The notes below the pieces were generated by a model. That model worked only from the letters and a program-made list of their open reading frames with translations. It had not been told where the DNA came from and ran no database searches. Below, piece after piece: positions 37,387-46,750 of a stretch of DNA of 64,000 nt (position 1 is its first letter; every line of letters starts with the position of its first letter). The stretch covers positions 1-64,000 of the IMG/VR virus record IMGVR_UViG_3300021962_000077; one strand, written 5' to 3'. The translations under genes and the position numbers were made by a program. This stretch comes from a virus.

Positions 37387-38169
37387 ATGAAAATTATAGT
37401 TGCTGGTTACGGATACGTGGGCAAAGCAGTACAGGCTGCTTTTGGCTACAAACATGAAGTGGTAATAGTTGACCCTGCTCTTACAGATGAAGATATTAGG
37501 AATCACTTTGATGCGGATTGTATTATTATTTGTGTTAGTACTCCACCTACCGACTCTGGGACTTGCAATGGTGCAAATGTACTAGATGTAATCGATCAAA
37601 CTCCGATTGATATACCAATAATGATTAAAAGTACCGTAAGTCCAGATATAGTTGATCTATTAGAAGAAAAATATTCTAAACATAGCATTGTAATAAGTCC
37701 AGAATTATTAAGAGCTAGATCTAGCGCAGAAGATTTTATTAATCAAAAGTATGTTATTATAGGCGGAGAAGATCCCGAGTGTTTTTGGCAAGAACTTTTT
37801 ACAGATACTTTACCAAGTTGTAAGTTAGCATTAAAATGCTCTATGAAAGAAGCATCAATAGTCAAATATGCTTCAAATAGTTTTCTTGCATTAAAAACGT
37901 CATACTTCAATCAATTATACGATGTATGTCAATCTACTAATACTGACTTTGACATTGTTAGACACATTATGTCACAGGATCTACGTATTGGATCGGATCA
38001 TACTATGGTTCCAGGTCCAGACGGAGAAAGAGGATGGGGCGGTCATTGTTTCCCCAAAGATACACTTGCCTACACACTATGGGCAAGATCAATAGATGCT
38101 AGACAAAGTGTTCTAGAATCAGCCATATCATATAATAATATGGTAAGAAAAAACATTGACAAAAAGTAA
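37387..38169 (+). CDS. UDP-glucose/GDP-mannose dehydrogenase family protein (lacks C-terminal domain)
   Basis: GYGYVG Rossmann, IKSTV, SPE, KYASNSFLA, GWGGHCFPKD. Confidence 0.88.
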   Translation: MKIIVAGYGYVGKAVQAAFGYKHEVVIVDPALTDEDIRNHFDADCIIICVSTPPTDSGTCNGANVLDVIDQTPIDIPIMIKSTVSPDIVDLLEEKYSKHSIVISPELLRARSSAEDFINQKYVIIGGEDPECFWQELFTDTLPSCKLALKCSMKEASIVKYASNSFLALKTSYFNQLYDVCQSTNTDFDIVRHIMSQDLRIGSDHTMVPGPDGERGWGGHCFPKDTLAYTLWARSIDARQSVLESAISYNNMVRKNIDKK

Positions 38170-38184
38170 TTTTCTAAATATAAT
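38156..38184 (+). promoter_or_regulatory. Sigma70 promoter TTGACA-17-TATAAT with overlapping TAAATA
   Basis: Consensus; TAAATA at 38175-38180. Confidence 0.75.
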
Positions 38185-38201
38185 ATTACGAGGAGACATT
38201 T

Positions 38202-38930
38202 ATGAAAGATATTTTACAAGATATTGTAGCACATACATACCAATTAGGTATTATTTCGCTGGTAAAGATTACAGGCAACAACGGAGAAACTCTAGTTGAA
38301 TCAATGGCTGAAGATCGTTCAGTTATTATTTCTGCAAAAACTGTAGAGCCTGTTACAGAATTTGACGGCATTTTTGGTATGCCAAACTTAGATAAACTTA
38401 AATTTTTACTTAACTGTGAAGAATATAAAGAGGATGCTAAGATAACTGTTGTTGAAGCAACAAGAAATAACGAAGTAGTACCAACAGGTTTACATTTTGT
38501 AAATCAAACACAGGATTTTCAAAACGACTATCGTTTTATGAATACTGAAATTATTAATGAAAAACTTAAATCAGTTAAGTTTAAAGGTACTACTTGGGAA
38601 ATTGATTTTGAACCAAGTATTACTAGTATTACAAGATTAAAATATCAATCACAAGCTCACAGTGATGAACCAAACTTTCAAGTTAAAACTGAAAATAATA
38701 ATCTTATCTTTAGTTTTGGAGATGCAGGATCACACGCAGGTAGTTTTGTGTTTCAACCAAATGTTAGCAAATTAAAACACACATGGTCTTGGCCAGTTAG
38801 CCAGGTTACGAGTATACTTGCATTAAGTGGTAATAAGACTATGAAGATTAGCGATGCAGGTGCTATGATGATCACCGTAGATAGTGGTATGGCAACATAT
38901 GACTATATTTTACCAGCAATGAGCAAATAA
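38202..38930 (+). CDS. Probable sliding clamp (gp45/PCNA-like)
   Basis: 242 aa, beta-rich pattern ending ...YDYILPA (PCNA-like end); next to the polymerase; clamp loader present in the window. Confidence 0.55.
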   Translation: MKDILQDIVAHTYQLGIISLVKITGNNGETLVESMAEDRSVIISAKTVEPVTEFDGIFGMPNLDKLKFLLNCEEYKEDAKITVVEATRNNEVVPTGLHFVNQTQDFQNDYRFMNTEIINEKLKSVKFKGTTWEIDFEPSITSITRLKYQSQAHSDEPNFQVKTENNNLIFSFGDAGSHAGSFVFQPNVSKLKHTWSWPVSQVTSILALSGNKTMKISDAGAMMITVDSGMATYDYILPAMSK

Positions 38931-38932
38931 TT

Positions 38933-39154
38933 ATGGAAACTAAACGCAGAACCGTTGTTAGAATGATAACTTATCGCTTGACCGCATGGTTATTTACAAT
39001 CTTTTGGACTTACTTGTTTACAGGTAACTTAGGTAACTCAGCAGGATTTGCCACAGCCTTGCACATTCTTCTCAGTATAGATTACTACATACACGAAAGA
39101 ATATGGCTTAGAATTAAATGGGGTAGAATAGATGGGGACATCAATGCCGAGTAG
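38933..39154 (+). CDS. Small membrane protein (DUF2061-like)
   Basis: ETKRRT...TYR...YYIHERIW..IKWG. Confidence 0.7.
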   Translation: METKRRTVVRMITYRLTAWLFTIFWTYLFTGNLGNSAGFATALHILLSIDYYIHERIWLRIKWGRIDGDINAE

Positions 39155-39632
39155 AGAAAAAGACCAAGCAGACTTTGACTTGGAAACATTTGTAGATTTG
39201 TTTGACACAGCTATTTCGTCAGATAATCCTGCTGTACAACGAGCATTGAAAAACTTGTTGATGATTGCGGCTATTGTTAATGCAGAAGATCCCCAAGCAG
39301 GTATGCGTCAAGGGCCGTTAAAAAGAGTGTTGGAGGATCAACGAAATATTATTCGTAGATTAGAAAATATAGAAAACAACGGTGGCAACTTACATAGACA
39401 ATATGGTCCTATTCCTAGTACACCAAATATGCCTACACCTTGGGTTGTGCCAACACCAGTTCAAAGTCCTAATACTGGAACACCAAATTTTCCTCCAGGT
39501 ACAATTTGGACTACAACTAATACATCTACCAGTTACGCTGCCAAAGACAGCGGAGCAGTGGCTGCACAGGGTCATGTATCGACAGTATCACTTGACGGAT
39601 TATTTGAAAAACTAGAAGCAAAGTCTCTATGA
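39144..39632 (+). CDS. Hypothetical protein
   Basis: ORF 39132..39632; likely start at second ATG after ggggac. Confidence 0.6.
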   Translation: MPSREKDQADFDLETFVDLFDTAISSDNPAVQRALKNLLMIAAIVNAEDPQAGMRQGPLKRVLEDQRNIIRRLENIENNGGNLHRQYGPIPSTPNMPTPWVVPTPVQSPNTGTPNFPPGTIWTTTNTSTSYAAKDSGAVAAQGHVSTVSLDGLFEKLEAKSL

Positions 39633-41311
39633 ATCGAAATTTAACAGCAACACAAAATGACTATGCATATTTCTTGCCAGCAACGTCAGGATTTTATAGC
39701 ACATTCATAGGTAAACAACGCTATGGAAACTATGTAGATCCTGCACGGTTACCTGCTAGTTTTACTAATGGTGTTGAAGGATTGAATTATCTTAATCCGG
39801 ACAAAGGCATGTTCTATTATCATCACTGCCTTTATTCGGCAGGACACGCTAATTTAGATTTGTCTAAACCAGACGAAACTGAAGACATGTTCCGTAATAG
39901 AGATCGTTCGACTAGTTGGGTGTTAGGCGATTCAGGTGGATTCCAGATTGGTAAGGGTGTATGGGCCGGTGAGTGGCGTGATCCAAACGGTCCCGAAGTT
40001 GCTGCTAAATGGAAAGAAGTTAATGCCAAGGGTATCGAACTTGTCCCACAATTAGATGCCAGCGGCAATCCTAAGCTAGATAAAAATGGCAATCCAAAGA
40101 TGACCAAGATTGATCATCCTAAACTTTATCAAGCACAATTAGATGCCGCACAAAAGAAACGTGAACAAGTATTAACTTGGATGGACGCACTTATGGACTA
40201 TGGAATGGTACTGGATATTCCAGCATGGGTGGCTCGTAGTCCTGCAGGTATGGCTGCTACAGGTATCGAGTCATACGATCAAGCCGTTGATGCTACCAAA
40301 TACAATAACGAATACTTTATTAAACATCGTACTGGTGCATGTAAATTTCTAAACGTTCTTCAAGGCGAGACTCACAGTCAAGCAGAAGATTGGTATCAAA
40401 AAATGAAAGACTTTTGCGATCCAAAAGTATATGAAGACAAAGCATTTAATGGTTGGGCCATGGGTGGCCAAAACATGTGTGATATTCACTTGGTCTTAAA
40501 AAGACTAGTGGCATTAAGATTTGATGGACTACTTGAAAAAGGCAAACAAGATTGGATGCATTTTTTAGGTACATCAAAATTAGAGTGGGCAGTCCTGCTC
40601 ACAGACATCCAACGTGCTGTAAGGAAATATCATAATGAAAACTTTACCATATCTTTTGACTGCGCCTCACCGTTTCTGGCAACAGCAAACGGACAAATCT
40701 ACATCCAAACAGAAACAGAAGACCGCACTAAATGGGTCTATAGGATGCAGGGTGGCGCAGACAACAAAAAATACGCCTCTGACACACGTCTCTTCAAAGA
40801 TGCTGTAGTACAAGATGGTATATTTGAAGGATTTGAATCTAGTCCAGTTATGGATCAAGTCCAAATGAAAGACATCTGCATTTACGGACCAGGCGATGTA
40901 AACAAGAATGGCAAAGAAGGTAAAACAAGTTGGGATTCATTTAGTTATGCTATTATGATGGGCCATAATGTATGGATGCATTTAAATGCGGTTCAAGAAG
41001 CCAATCGACAATATGATTTGGGCAAATTACCTTCAATGTTGGTTGACGAACAATTTGATAGAGTGTATTATAAGGACATAGTAGAAGCTATTTTTGCAAC
41101 AGATGACAGAGCTACCGCAGAAGCAATTATTGAACACTACAGTAGATATTGGGATACTATAATTGGTACTAGAGGTAATACTGGTAAAAGAATTGTGAAT
41201 GCACATACCAAAGCTGATGAACTAGGTATACCGGCTGTAGATTTCAGTGATCTTAAAATAGTTAAGAAACAAGAACCTGTAACAACAACATTTGAAGATT
41301 TGTTTGAATGA
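39629..41311 (+). CDS. TGT/DpdA-family guanine transglycosylase-like protein
   Basis: LGDSGGFQ, VLDIP, VLQG, WAMGG, HFLG, SFDCAS, HN in TGT order; no CxCxxC zinc motif. Confidence 0.8.
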   Translation: MNRNLTATQNDYAYFLPATSGFYSTFIGKQRYGNYVDPARLPASFTNGVEGLNYLNPDKGMFYYHHCLYSAGHANLDLSKPDETEDMFRNRDRSTSWVLGDSGGFQIGKGVWAGEWRDPNGPEVAAKWKEVNAKGIELVPQLDASGNPKLDKNGNPKMTKIDHPKLYQAQLDAAQKKREQVLTWMDALMDYGMVLDIPAWVARSPAGMAATGIESYDQAVDATKYNNEYFIKHRTGACKFLNVLQGETHSQAEDWYQKMKDFCDPKVYEDKAFNGWAMGGQNMCDIHLVLKRLVALRFDGLLEKGKQDWMHFLGTSKLEWAVLLTDIQRAVRKYHNENFTISFDCASPFLATANGQIYIQTETEDRTKWVYRMQGGADNKKYASDTRLFKDAVVQDGIFEGFESSPVMDQVQMKDICIYGPGDVNKNGKEGKTSWDSFSYAIMMGHNVWMHLNAVQEANRQYDLGKLPSMLVDEQFDRVYYKDIVEAIFATDDRATAEAIIEHYSRYWDTIIGTRGNTGKRIVNAHTKADELGIPAVDFSDLKIVKKQEPVTTTFEDLFE

Positions 41312-41568
41312 CACTACCAGACGAAAGATATCGAGCAGTTGTACAAACAAGGAGATTCCTGCTTGACCTCTGCAATCCACAGCATACTCCGCGTATTCCT
41401 AAACTTATAAGAGATACTGCTCGCTCTATGTTACGTCATTATCCAAGCGAGTACGAAATGTTAATTGCCTGCGATGAAGCTCCTGATTTGTTCCAAGAAC
41501 GTATGGAAGATGTAACTAGATTTTTTTCAAAATATCAACAAGGTAAAAAGGATAAAAATGAAACGTAA
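41308..41568 (+). CDS. Hypothetical protein
   Basis: MTLPDERYRAV...LRHYP. Confidence 0.65.
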   Translation: MTLPDERYRAVVQTRRFLLDLCNPQHTPRIPKLIRDTARSMLRHYPSEYEMLIACDEAPDLFQERMEDVTRFFSKYQQGKKDKNET

Positions 41569-42082
41569 CTATACTAACGGCACATTAGAAGGTGTAGAAT
41601 TCTTTATTGGCACAGAAGTTGAGCACACACCTGCATTTGGTATGCCTACGCTATTTGTAACAGGATTACAATCAATAAATGCAATTGAAGGTGTTCTAGC
41701 CAATAACAACGTTAAACACATATTCTTTGGTGCTAATCATAGTTTCAATCCTGTGTATAATGACTACGCAGGTTGGAAACAATGGGATGACATGATTACT
41801 CATTTCTTAGACAAAGATTATCTTTGCTCACTAGATATACCGTTGAGTGCAGTAGAAGAATTTCACGACGGCGGACTTTGTGAATATTTGAATTTTATTC
41901 CGCAGATAAGAGTGCCAATACCTTATATAAAATTATGGAATTATAATACAATGCTTAAGATTGATGACAAAGATTTTAAGGCAACTAATCCTGGTGTGTG
42001 GTCCCACAGTCTACACTCACTAATGTCCCGAAGAACTTTTACAGACTGGTCACAATATAAAAATGATGAAGTGATAAAATGA
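41558..42082 (+). CDS. Hypothetical protein within the deazaguanine cluster
   Basis: FIGTEVEHTP, HIFFGANHSF, KIDDKDF.ATNPGVW. Confidence 0.7.
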   Translation: MKRNYTNGTLEGVEFFIGTEVEHTPAFGMPTLFVTGLQSINAIEGVLANNNVKHIFFGANHSFNPVYNDYAGWKQWDDMITHFLDKDYLCSLDIPLSAVEEFHDGGLCEYLNFIPQIRVPIPYIKLWNYNTMLKIDDKDFKATNPGVWSHSLHSLMSRRTFTDWSQYKNDEVIK

Positions 42083-42477
42083 ATCAAACAACAATGAGAC
42101 AAGACTGGCGTCCAAACAAAATGATTTGGGTTACCTTTCGTAAAGAAGGTATTCATAAGTATCCAGCCGCACTTACTGAACCAACACTAGCAACAGGAGA
42201 TGAATATGATGTATCGTTTTTGGGTCATCCTCATCGTCATATATTCCATTTTCGTGTCTGGATTTCAGTTACCCACAACGATCGTGACATCGAATTTATT
42301 CAATTTAAACGCTGGTTGGAAAAACTATACTCAGATGGTACAGTACAACTAGACTATAAGAGTTGCGAAATGATGAGTGATGAACTTCATTCTATCATTT
42401 CCAATAAGTATCCAGGTCGTGAGATCTGGATCGAAGTCTCCGAAGACGGAGAAAATGGTTCATTTATCAAATACTAA
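42079..42477 (+). CDS. QueD/PTPS-like T-fold protein (divergent)
   Basis: GHPHRHIFHFRV (HxH), DIEF, SCEM, VSED. Confidence 0.65.
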   Translation: MNQTTMRQDWRPNKMIWVTFRKEGIHKYPAALTEPTLATGDEYDVSFLGHPHRHIFHFRVWISVTHNDRDIEFIQFKRWLEKLYSDGTVQLDYKSCEMMSDELHSIISNKYPGREIWIEVSEDGENGSFIKY

Positions 42478-42495
42478 AAACAAGGAAAAAGTAAA

Positions 42496-42729
42496 ATGAT
42501 TAAAAGTTACAAAGGTTATGCCTATTTTGACAACCATCCTGAGATTGTAAAAATCTTTGAGGACTTAGAGGCATTTCATGATTTTTGTCGCTTTGAATTA
42601 ATGCCTTTCAATGAGGCAGATCTCTATAACAATCGTAGCTATGTATGGCGAGCGTTTAGTGATCGAAACGGCAGACGTTACCCTGCTAAGAAACGTCAAT
42701 TTGAAAAGAAACCATATAGAGCATACTGA
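42496..42729 (+). CDS. Hypothetical protein
   Basis: 77-aa ORF with SD aagga. Confidence 0.6.
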   Translation: MIKSYKGYAYFDNHPEIVKIFEDLEAFHDFCRFELMPFNEADLYNNRSYVWRAFSDRNGRRYPAKKRQFEKKPYRAY

Positions 42730-43826
42730 TGGCAAAGATTTGGCTTATTGATTTAGAAGCCGTTGAAACAAGGTACACTGGTCAATGGAAGACCCATGTA
42801 CCTAATCTCTTACGCAAGGAAGGACATGATGTTCAAGTTATTTCTGGTCCGGTGGATATCCCTAGTGCTACTACTCCCGGTGCTTTTCTTAATTTCGGCG
42901 GGACTAATATATACAAAGCTAGCCAAGTTGAGCAAATCGGTAGGTTATTTTGTAGCGGATCCGTTACCGCTGGCGACCATTTTATTTTTACTGATGCTTG
43001 GCATCCAGGCATTATAAATCTAAAATATATGAGTGAACTACTGAATATCCCAGTAGTTACACACGGTCTTTGGCATGCTGGTTCATACGATCCTCAAGAC
43101 TTTCTTGGGCGCTTAGTCGGTAAAAAGGCTTGGGTACGTCACGCTGAAAAAAGTTTTTATCACGCATTTGATCATAACTATTTTGCCACAGAGTTTCACG
43201 TACACTTGTTTATGAAACAGTTACTCAACGATGGCTACACTAGTGAAAATCCTTGGTGGCACGAGGATTGGTATGAACGCTATGACAGCGGTAAAATTGT
43301 TAAGACTGGTTGGCCTATGGAATATATGCAGGATACTCTTGCACCTTATAAAGGTCTGAAGAAACGAGATATGATTTTGTTTCCGCACCGTATTGCACCA
43401 GAGAAGCAAGTTGAAATTTTTAGAGACTTAGCTATCCACTTACCGCAATACGAGTTTGTTGTTTGCCAAGATCGACAACTTACTAAGCATGAGTATCACA
43501 CACTGCTAGGCGAAGCAAAGATGGTGTTTAGCGCCAATCTACAAGAAACACTGGGTATCAGTTGGTACGAAGGTGCTTTAGTAGATACTATACCATTAGT
43601 TCCAGATAGACTTAGCTATAGTGAAATGGCATTTGATACATTTAAATATCCTAGCCAATGGACTGAAGACTTTGATGCATATACTGTTTATCGTCCAAAT
43701 TTGTGTCGTTTAATTATAGAACACATGGCTAACTATAACACTAGAATTTCGTCAATTCGTAAACAAGCAGATGCATTAACAGAACAATTCTTTTCAGCAA
43801 CTAGGTTATTAGAAAGACTAAAATGA
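42729..43826 (+). CDS. GT-B glycosyltransferase (GT4-like)
   Basis: FPHRIAPEK and ETLGISWYE (E-x7-E). Confidence 0.8.
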   Translation: MAKIWLIDLEAVETRYTGQWKTHVPNLLRKEGHDVQVISGPVDIPSATTPGAFLNFGGTNIYKASQVEQIGRLFCSGSVTAGDHFIFTDAWHPGIINLKYMSELLNIPVVTHGLWHAGSYDPQDFLGRLVGKKAWVRHAEKSFYHAFDHNYFATEFHVHLFMKQLLNDGYTSENPWWHEDWYERYDSGKIVKTGWPMEYMQDTLAPYKGLKKRDMILFPHRIAPEKQVEIFRDLAIHLPQYEFVVCQDRQLTKHEYHTLLGEAKMVFSANLQETLGISWYEGALVDTIPLVPDRLSYSEMAFDTFKYPSQWTEDFDAYTVYRPNLCRLIIEHMANYNTRISSIRKQADALTEQFFSATRLLERLK

Positions 43827-44284
43827 TACTGAAACTGTTAGAACGTTTAGGTCGTAAACGTATTATCATGGACCGTATTGACAACGAGCCATATCTAGAA
43901 AGATACTATATCTTTCTAAAAGATCGTACATGGTTTCCATTTAATATCTTTATTCATAAATTTCTAAAATCAGATCCAGACGATGTACACGATCATCCTT
44001 GGCCTTATGCTACACTAATCTTAAAAGGTGGCTATTGGGAGTGGATTCCGCAGTTTGATAGCAAAGGTAATAAGTTTAGTGAAATTGCCAAATGGCGCGG
44101 TCCTGGACATTTCCGTATGTGCAGTGCTACCAGTTATCATAGAATCGAATTAGATCCTAATATAACTGCATGGACCTTGTTTATGCCTGGTCCACAACAG
44201 CGAGAATGGGGATTTCTCGTTAAAAATAAATGGATTCAAAATGACGACTACCTACAAGATCGCAGACAACACAACAAGCAATAG
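43823..44284 (+). CDS. Cupin-like metal-binding protein
   Basis: HDHPW...ILKGGYWE...HRIEL...WTLF..GP. Confidence 0.65.
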   Translation: MILKLLERLGRKRIIMDRIDNEPYLERYYIFLKDRTWFPFNIFIHKFLKSDPDDVHDHPWPYATLILKGGYWEWIPQFDSKGNKFSEIAKWRGPGHFRMCSATSYHRIELDPNITAWTLFMPGPQQREWGFLVKNKWIQNDDYLQDRRQHNKQ

Positions 44285-44627
44285 TATCACATGGTCCGAT
44301 GGGTCTATGTCAACCCTACCATATCTTACAGGTTCATCATCCGGAACATATTCGATTACATCAAATGGTAGTAATTATGCATTTACTAGTCCTATGGCAG
44401 TTGTCAAACAAGAACCTAATAGTTTAACAGTACAAGGTAAAATTATTCATAATGGACTAGATTTAGAAGAACGGTTATCTACAATCGAAAAAGTCTTGCA
44501 AATACCAGAACGTGATGTTAAACTAGAGGCTAAGCATCCAAAGCTAAAAGAATTATATGATGCATATATTCATGCTTTGGGAAAATATAGAACATTTGAA
44601 GCAATTAAAGGCGACGATAATGACTGA
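44241..44627 (+). CDS. Hypothetical protein
   Basis: S/T-rich N-terminus, coiled-coil C-terminus. Confidence 0.6.
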   Translation: MTTTYKIADNTTSNSITWSDGSMSTLPYLTGSSSGTYSITSNGSNYAFTSPMAVVKQEPNSLTVQGKIIHNGLDLEERLSTIEKVLQIPERDVKLEAKHPKLKELYDAYIHALGKYRTFEAIKGDDND

Positions 44628-44874
44628 AGAAAAGAAAATGCAAATTACATTTGCACCCGGAGCATTTGATTCTTTTGAAGGTACACAGGAAGAATTAGAC
44701 GAACTTGTAAAAGAAATACAAACTATGTTCTCCGAACTTACACCTGAAGAATTAAAAAATCGTAGTCAGCCTGTAGACATCACTGATTTGATTGATGACG
44801 AAACTTTAACTGATGAACAGTTTGAGCAAATTTTAGAAAATCTCGTTGGTGAGCAAAATAAAAAATTGCAATAA
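44620..44874 (+). CDS. Acidic hypothetical protein
   Basis: FAPGAFDSFEGTQEELD. Confidence 0.6.
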   Translation: MTEEKKMQITFAPGAFDSFEGTQEELDELVKEIQTMFSELTPEELKNRSQPVDITDLIDDETLTDEQFEQILENLVGEQNKKLQ

Positions 44875-44883
44875 GGAAATAAT

Positions 44884-45096
44884 ATGAAAGAATTTATAGT
44901 AAAAGAAAATGATGCTTTTAGACTTCGCGTAAAAAGTCATAAATGTATTAACCCATCAGATCTTAATAGCTTAGAATTTATTCAAGAAATTAAAAACAAT
45001 AAAGGTGACATAGATGAAACATCAACATACAATTTTTTCCTCACTGACGAAGAAATTAAAAAACTTGCTGTCGGGCTCACAACTATCTCAGAATAA
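44884..45096 (+). CDS. Hypothetical protein
   Basis: 70-aa ORF with SD aagga. Confidence 0.55.
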   Translation: MKEFIVKENDAFRLRVKSHKCINPSDLNSLEFIQEIKNNKGDIDETSTYNFFLTDEEIKKLAVGLTTISE

Positions 45097-45652
45097 AATT
45101 TCTGATGATGAATATGTCAGTCTAGTTAAAAAAATCTGTAAGCAGATTGAAAAAAGTAACTGGCGGCCTAGTTGTGTCGTAGGCATCACTAGGGGAGGTC
45201 TATTGCCTGCTGTAATGATCAGTCATTACTTTAACGTTAAGATGTATTCTTTAGATATAAGTTTACGTGACGGTGGAGAATGCACTAGCAATTTATGGCT
45301 AGCTGAAGAAGCATTTGGTTACACTCCTAAAGAAGAACTAGACGAACAATTATATTTAGAAGTTAGTGGTATTCCAGCTTCTTCAGCAAGAGCACAAAAA
45401 GACATATTAATTGTAGACGATATTAATGATACAGGTGCTACACTAAATTGGCTTATGGACGATTGGCGTAGTGGATGTTTGTCCTATGACCCTAAATGGA
45501 ATAACATTTGGAATCATAATGTTAAATTTGCAGTAGTAGTTAATAACATTTCAAATAACTGCAATGTCAAAATGGATTTCGTTGGAAAAGAAATTGACAA
45601 GTCTAAAGATGACTCTTGGATTATTTTTCCTTACGAGGAATGGTGGAAATGA
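45014..45652 (+). CDS. Purine phosphoribosyltransferase (Gpt/Hpt-like)
   Basis: VGITRGGLLPA, LIVDDINDTGATL (PRPP loop), WIIFPYE; true start uncertain. Confidence 0.85.
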   Translation: MKHQHTIFSSLTKKLKNLLSGSQLSQNKISDDEYVSLVKKICKQIEKSNWRPSCVVGITRGGLLPAVMISHYFNVKMYSLDISLRDGGECTSNLWLAEEAFGYTPKEELDEQLYLEVSGIPASSARAQKDILIVDDINDTGATLNWLMDDWRSGCLSYDPKWNNIWNHNVKFAVVVNNISNNCNVKMDFVGKEIDKSKDDSWIIFPYEEWWK

Positions 45653-45828
45653 TTAAAAAAATCATCAACGTGCTACATTTTATACTAATACCTGTCATTG
45701 CAATATGGGCATTTAACACTCTTTGGCCAAGTGCAAGTATTCCTCTATCTATTGAAACTTGGATTGCAGGTGCAGTATTATTTAATAGGCATGCAATAGA
45801 ACGTCTCATTAAATTTAAAAATGACTGA
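45649..45828 (+). CDS. Small membrane protein
   Basis: Hydrophobic 59-aa ORF, coupled start. Confidence 0.5.
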   Translation: MIKKIINVLHFILIPVIAIWAFNTLWPSASIPLSIETWIAGAVLFNRHAIERLIKFKND

Positions 45829-46189
45829 TTTAGAAAAAGCACTTAGTCAAGGTAGAGCTCCCTGGAAATCTATTGAATATAGAACTAAAGATTACTGGGT
45901 CTTTTCAGATGCGTATCCTGTAACTCAAGGGCATTTATTATTTGTTCCAACATATGAAAACTTTGACAACGTCATTGAATGTTGTAAAGCCGCTTACAAA
46001 TTCGGATATCTAGGGGTAGAATCTGAGAAATGGGATGGCTTTAATGTTGGACAAAATTGCGGAGAGGCTGCTGGACAAACAGTAGAATATCCGCATGTTC
46101 ATATGATACCTAGACGCAAAGGTGATATGGAAGATCCTCGCGGCGGGGTAAGACACGTAATACCAGAAAAAGGAAATTATAAAAAATGA
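45821..46189 (+). CDS. HIT-family nucleotide hydrolase
   Basis: DAYPVTQGHLL, GFNVGQN.GEAAGQTV, HVHMIPR. Confidence 0.88.
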   Translation: MTDLEKALSQGRAPWKSIEYRTKDYWVFSDAYPVTQGHLLFVPTYENFDNVIECCKAAYKFGYLGVESEKWDGFNVGQNCGEAAGQTVEYPHVHMIPRRKGDMEDPRGGVRHVIPEKGNYKK

Positions 46190-46443
46190 GCGGAAAAGGT
46201 TCTAGTCCCAGACCGTTTAGCGTTGATCAAAAAACATTTGCTAACAACTGGAATACTATTTTTAAAAAGGAAAAACCCATGTCAGAAACAGAAAAAAAAG
46301 GTACTTGCGGATGCGGTCGTAGCCCTACTGGTAACTGCATCGGATGGCATGCTCTATCTGAAGATGTATATCTTCATCAAAAAATGCTTTGGAACGAAGA
46401 ACAGTTTCGAAAAGATGAAGAACAAAATTCACAAAAAAGTTGA
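46186..46443 (+). CDS. Small protein with CDGSH-like Fe-S motif
   Basis: CGCGRSPTGNCIGWH resembles C-x-C-x2-S-x3/5-C-D-G-x-H. Confidence 0.5.
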   Translation: MSGKGSSPRPFSVDQKTFANNWNTIFKKEKPMSETEKKGTCGCGRSPTGNCIGWHALSEDVYLHQKMLWNEEQFRKDEEQNSQKS

Positions 46444-46675
46444 TCCTCGAACAACTGCTGCCAAGGAAGGCTACATCCATACAGTAAGGCTTCCTTGGCA
46501 CAGCCATCATGCTATGAATGATTGGAACGAGACATGTGCATCTATAATTGAAATATTTGGATTACCTGGGGATAGATTCTTAACCCATGCAACTACAGAT
46601 CATATGGATTTTATGTTTAAATCCCCTAAAGATTTAAACTTGTGTAAAATTTTAATTAGCGAAAAAATATCGTAA
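46415..46675 (+). CDS. Hypothetical protein
   Basis: WNETCA..IE.FGLPGDRF. Confidence 0.55.
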   Translation: MKNKIHKKVDPRTTAAKEGYIHTVRLPWHSHHAMNDWNETCASIIEIFGLPGDRFLTHATTDHMDFMFKSPKDLNLCKILISEKIS

Positions 46676-46678
46676 AGG

Positions 46679-46707
46679 TTGACACAACCTAAATAATCAT
46701 GTACACT
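46679..46707 (+). promoter_or_regulatory. Sigma70 promoter TTGACA-17-TACACT with internal TAAATA
   Basis: Dual promoter upstream of folE. Confidence 0.6.
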
Positions 46708-46750
46708 AGTACAACATAATGACATCCACGTCATAAACTCGGAGAATAAT

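Noticed and set aside
39629-41311. Ordinary tRNA-guanine transglycosylase (tgt) for queuosine
   Set aside because: Not favoured: longer than bacterial TGT, no zinc-binding Cys cluster, replication-gene context, polymerase-like tail, and no queA/queF/queG in the window. Not formally excluded.
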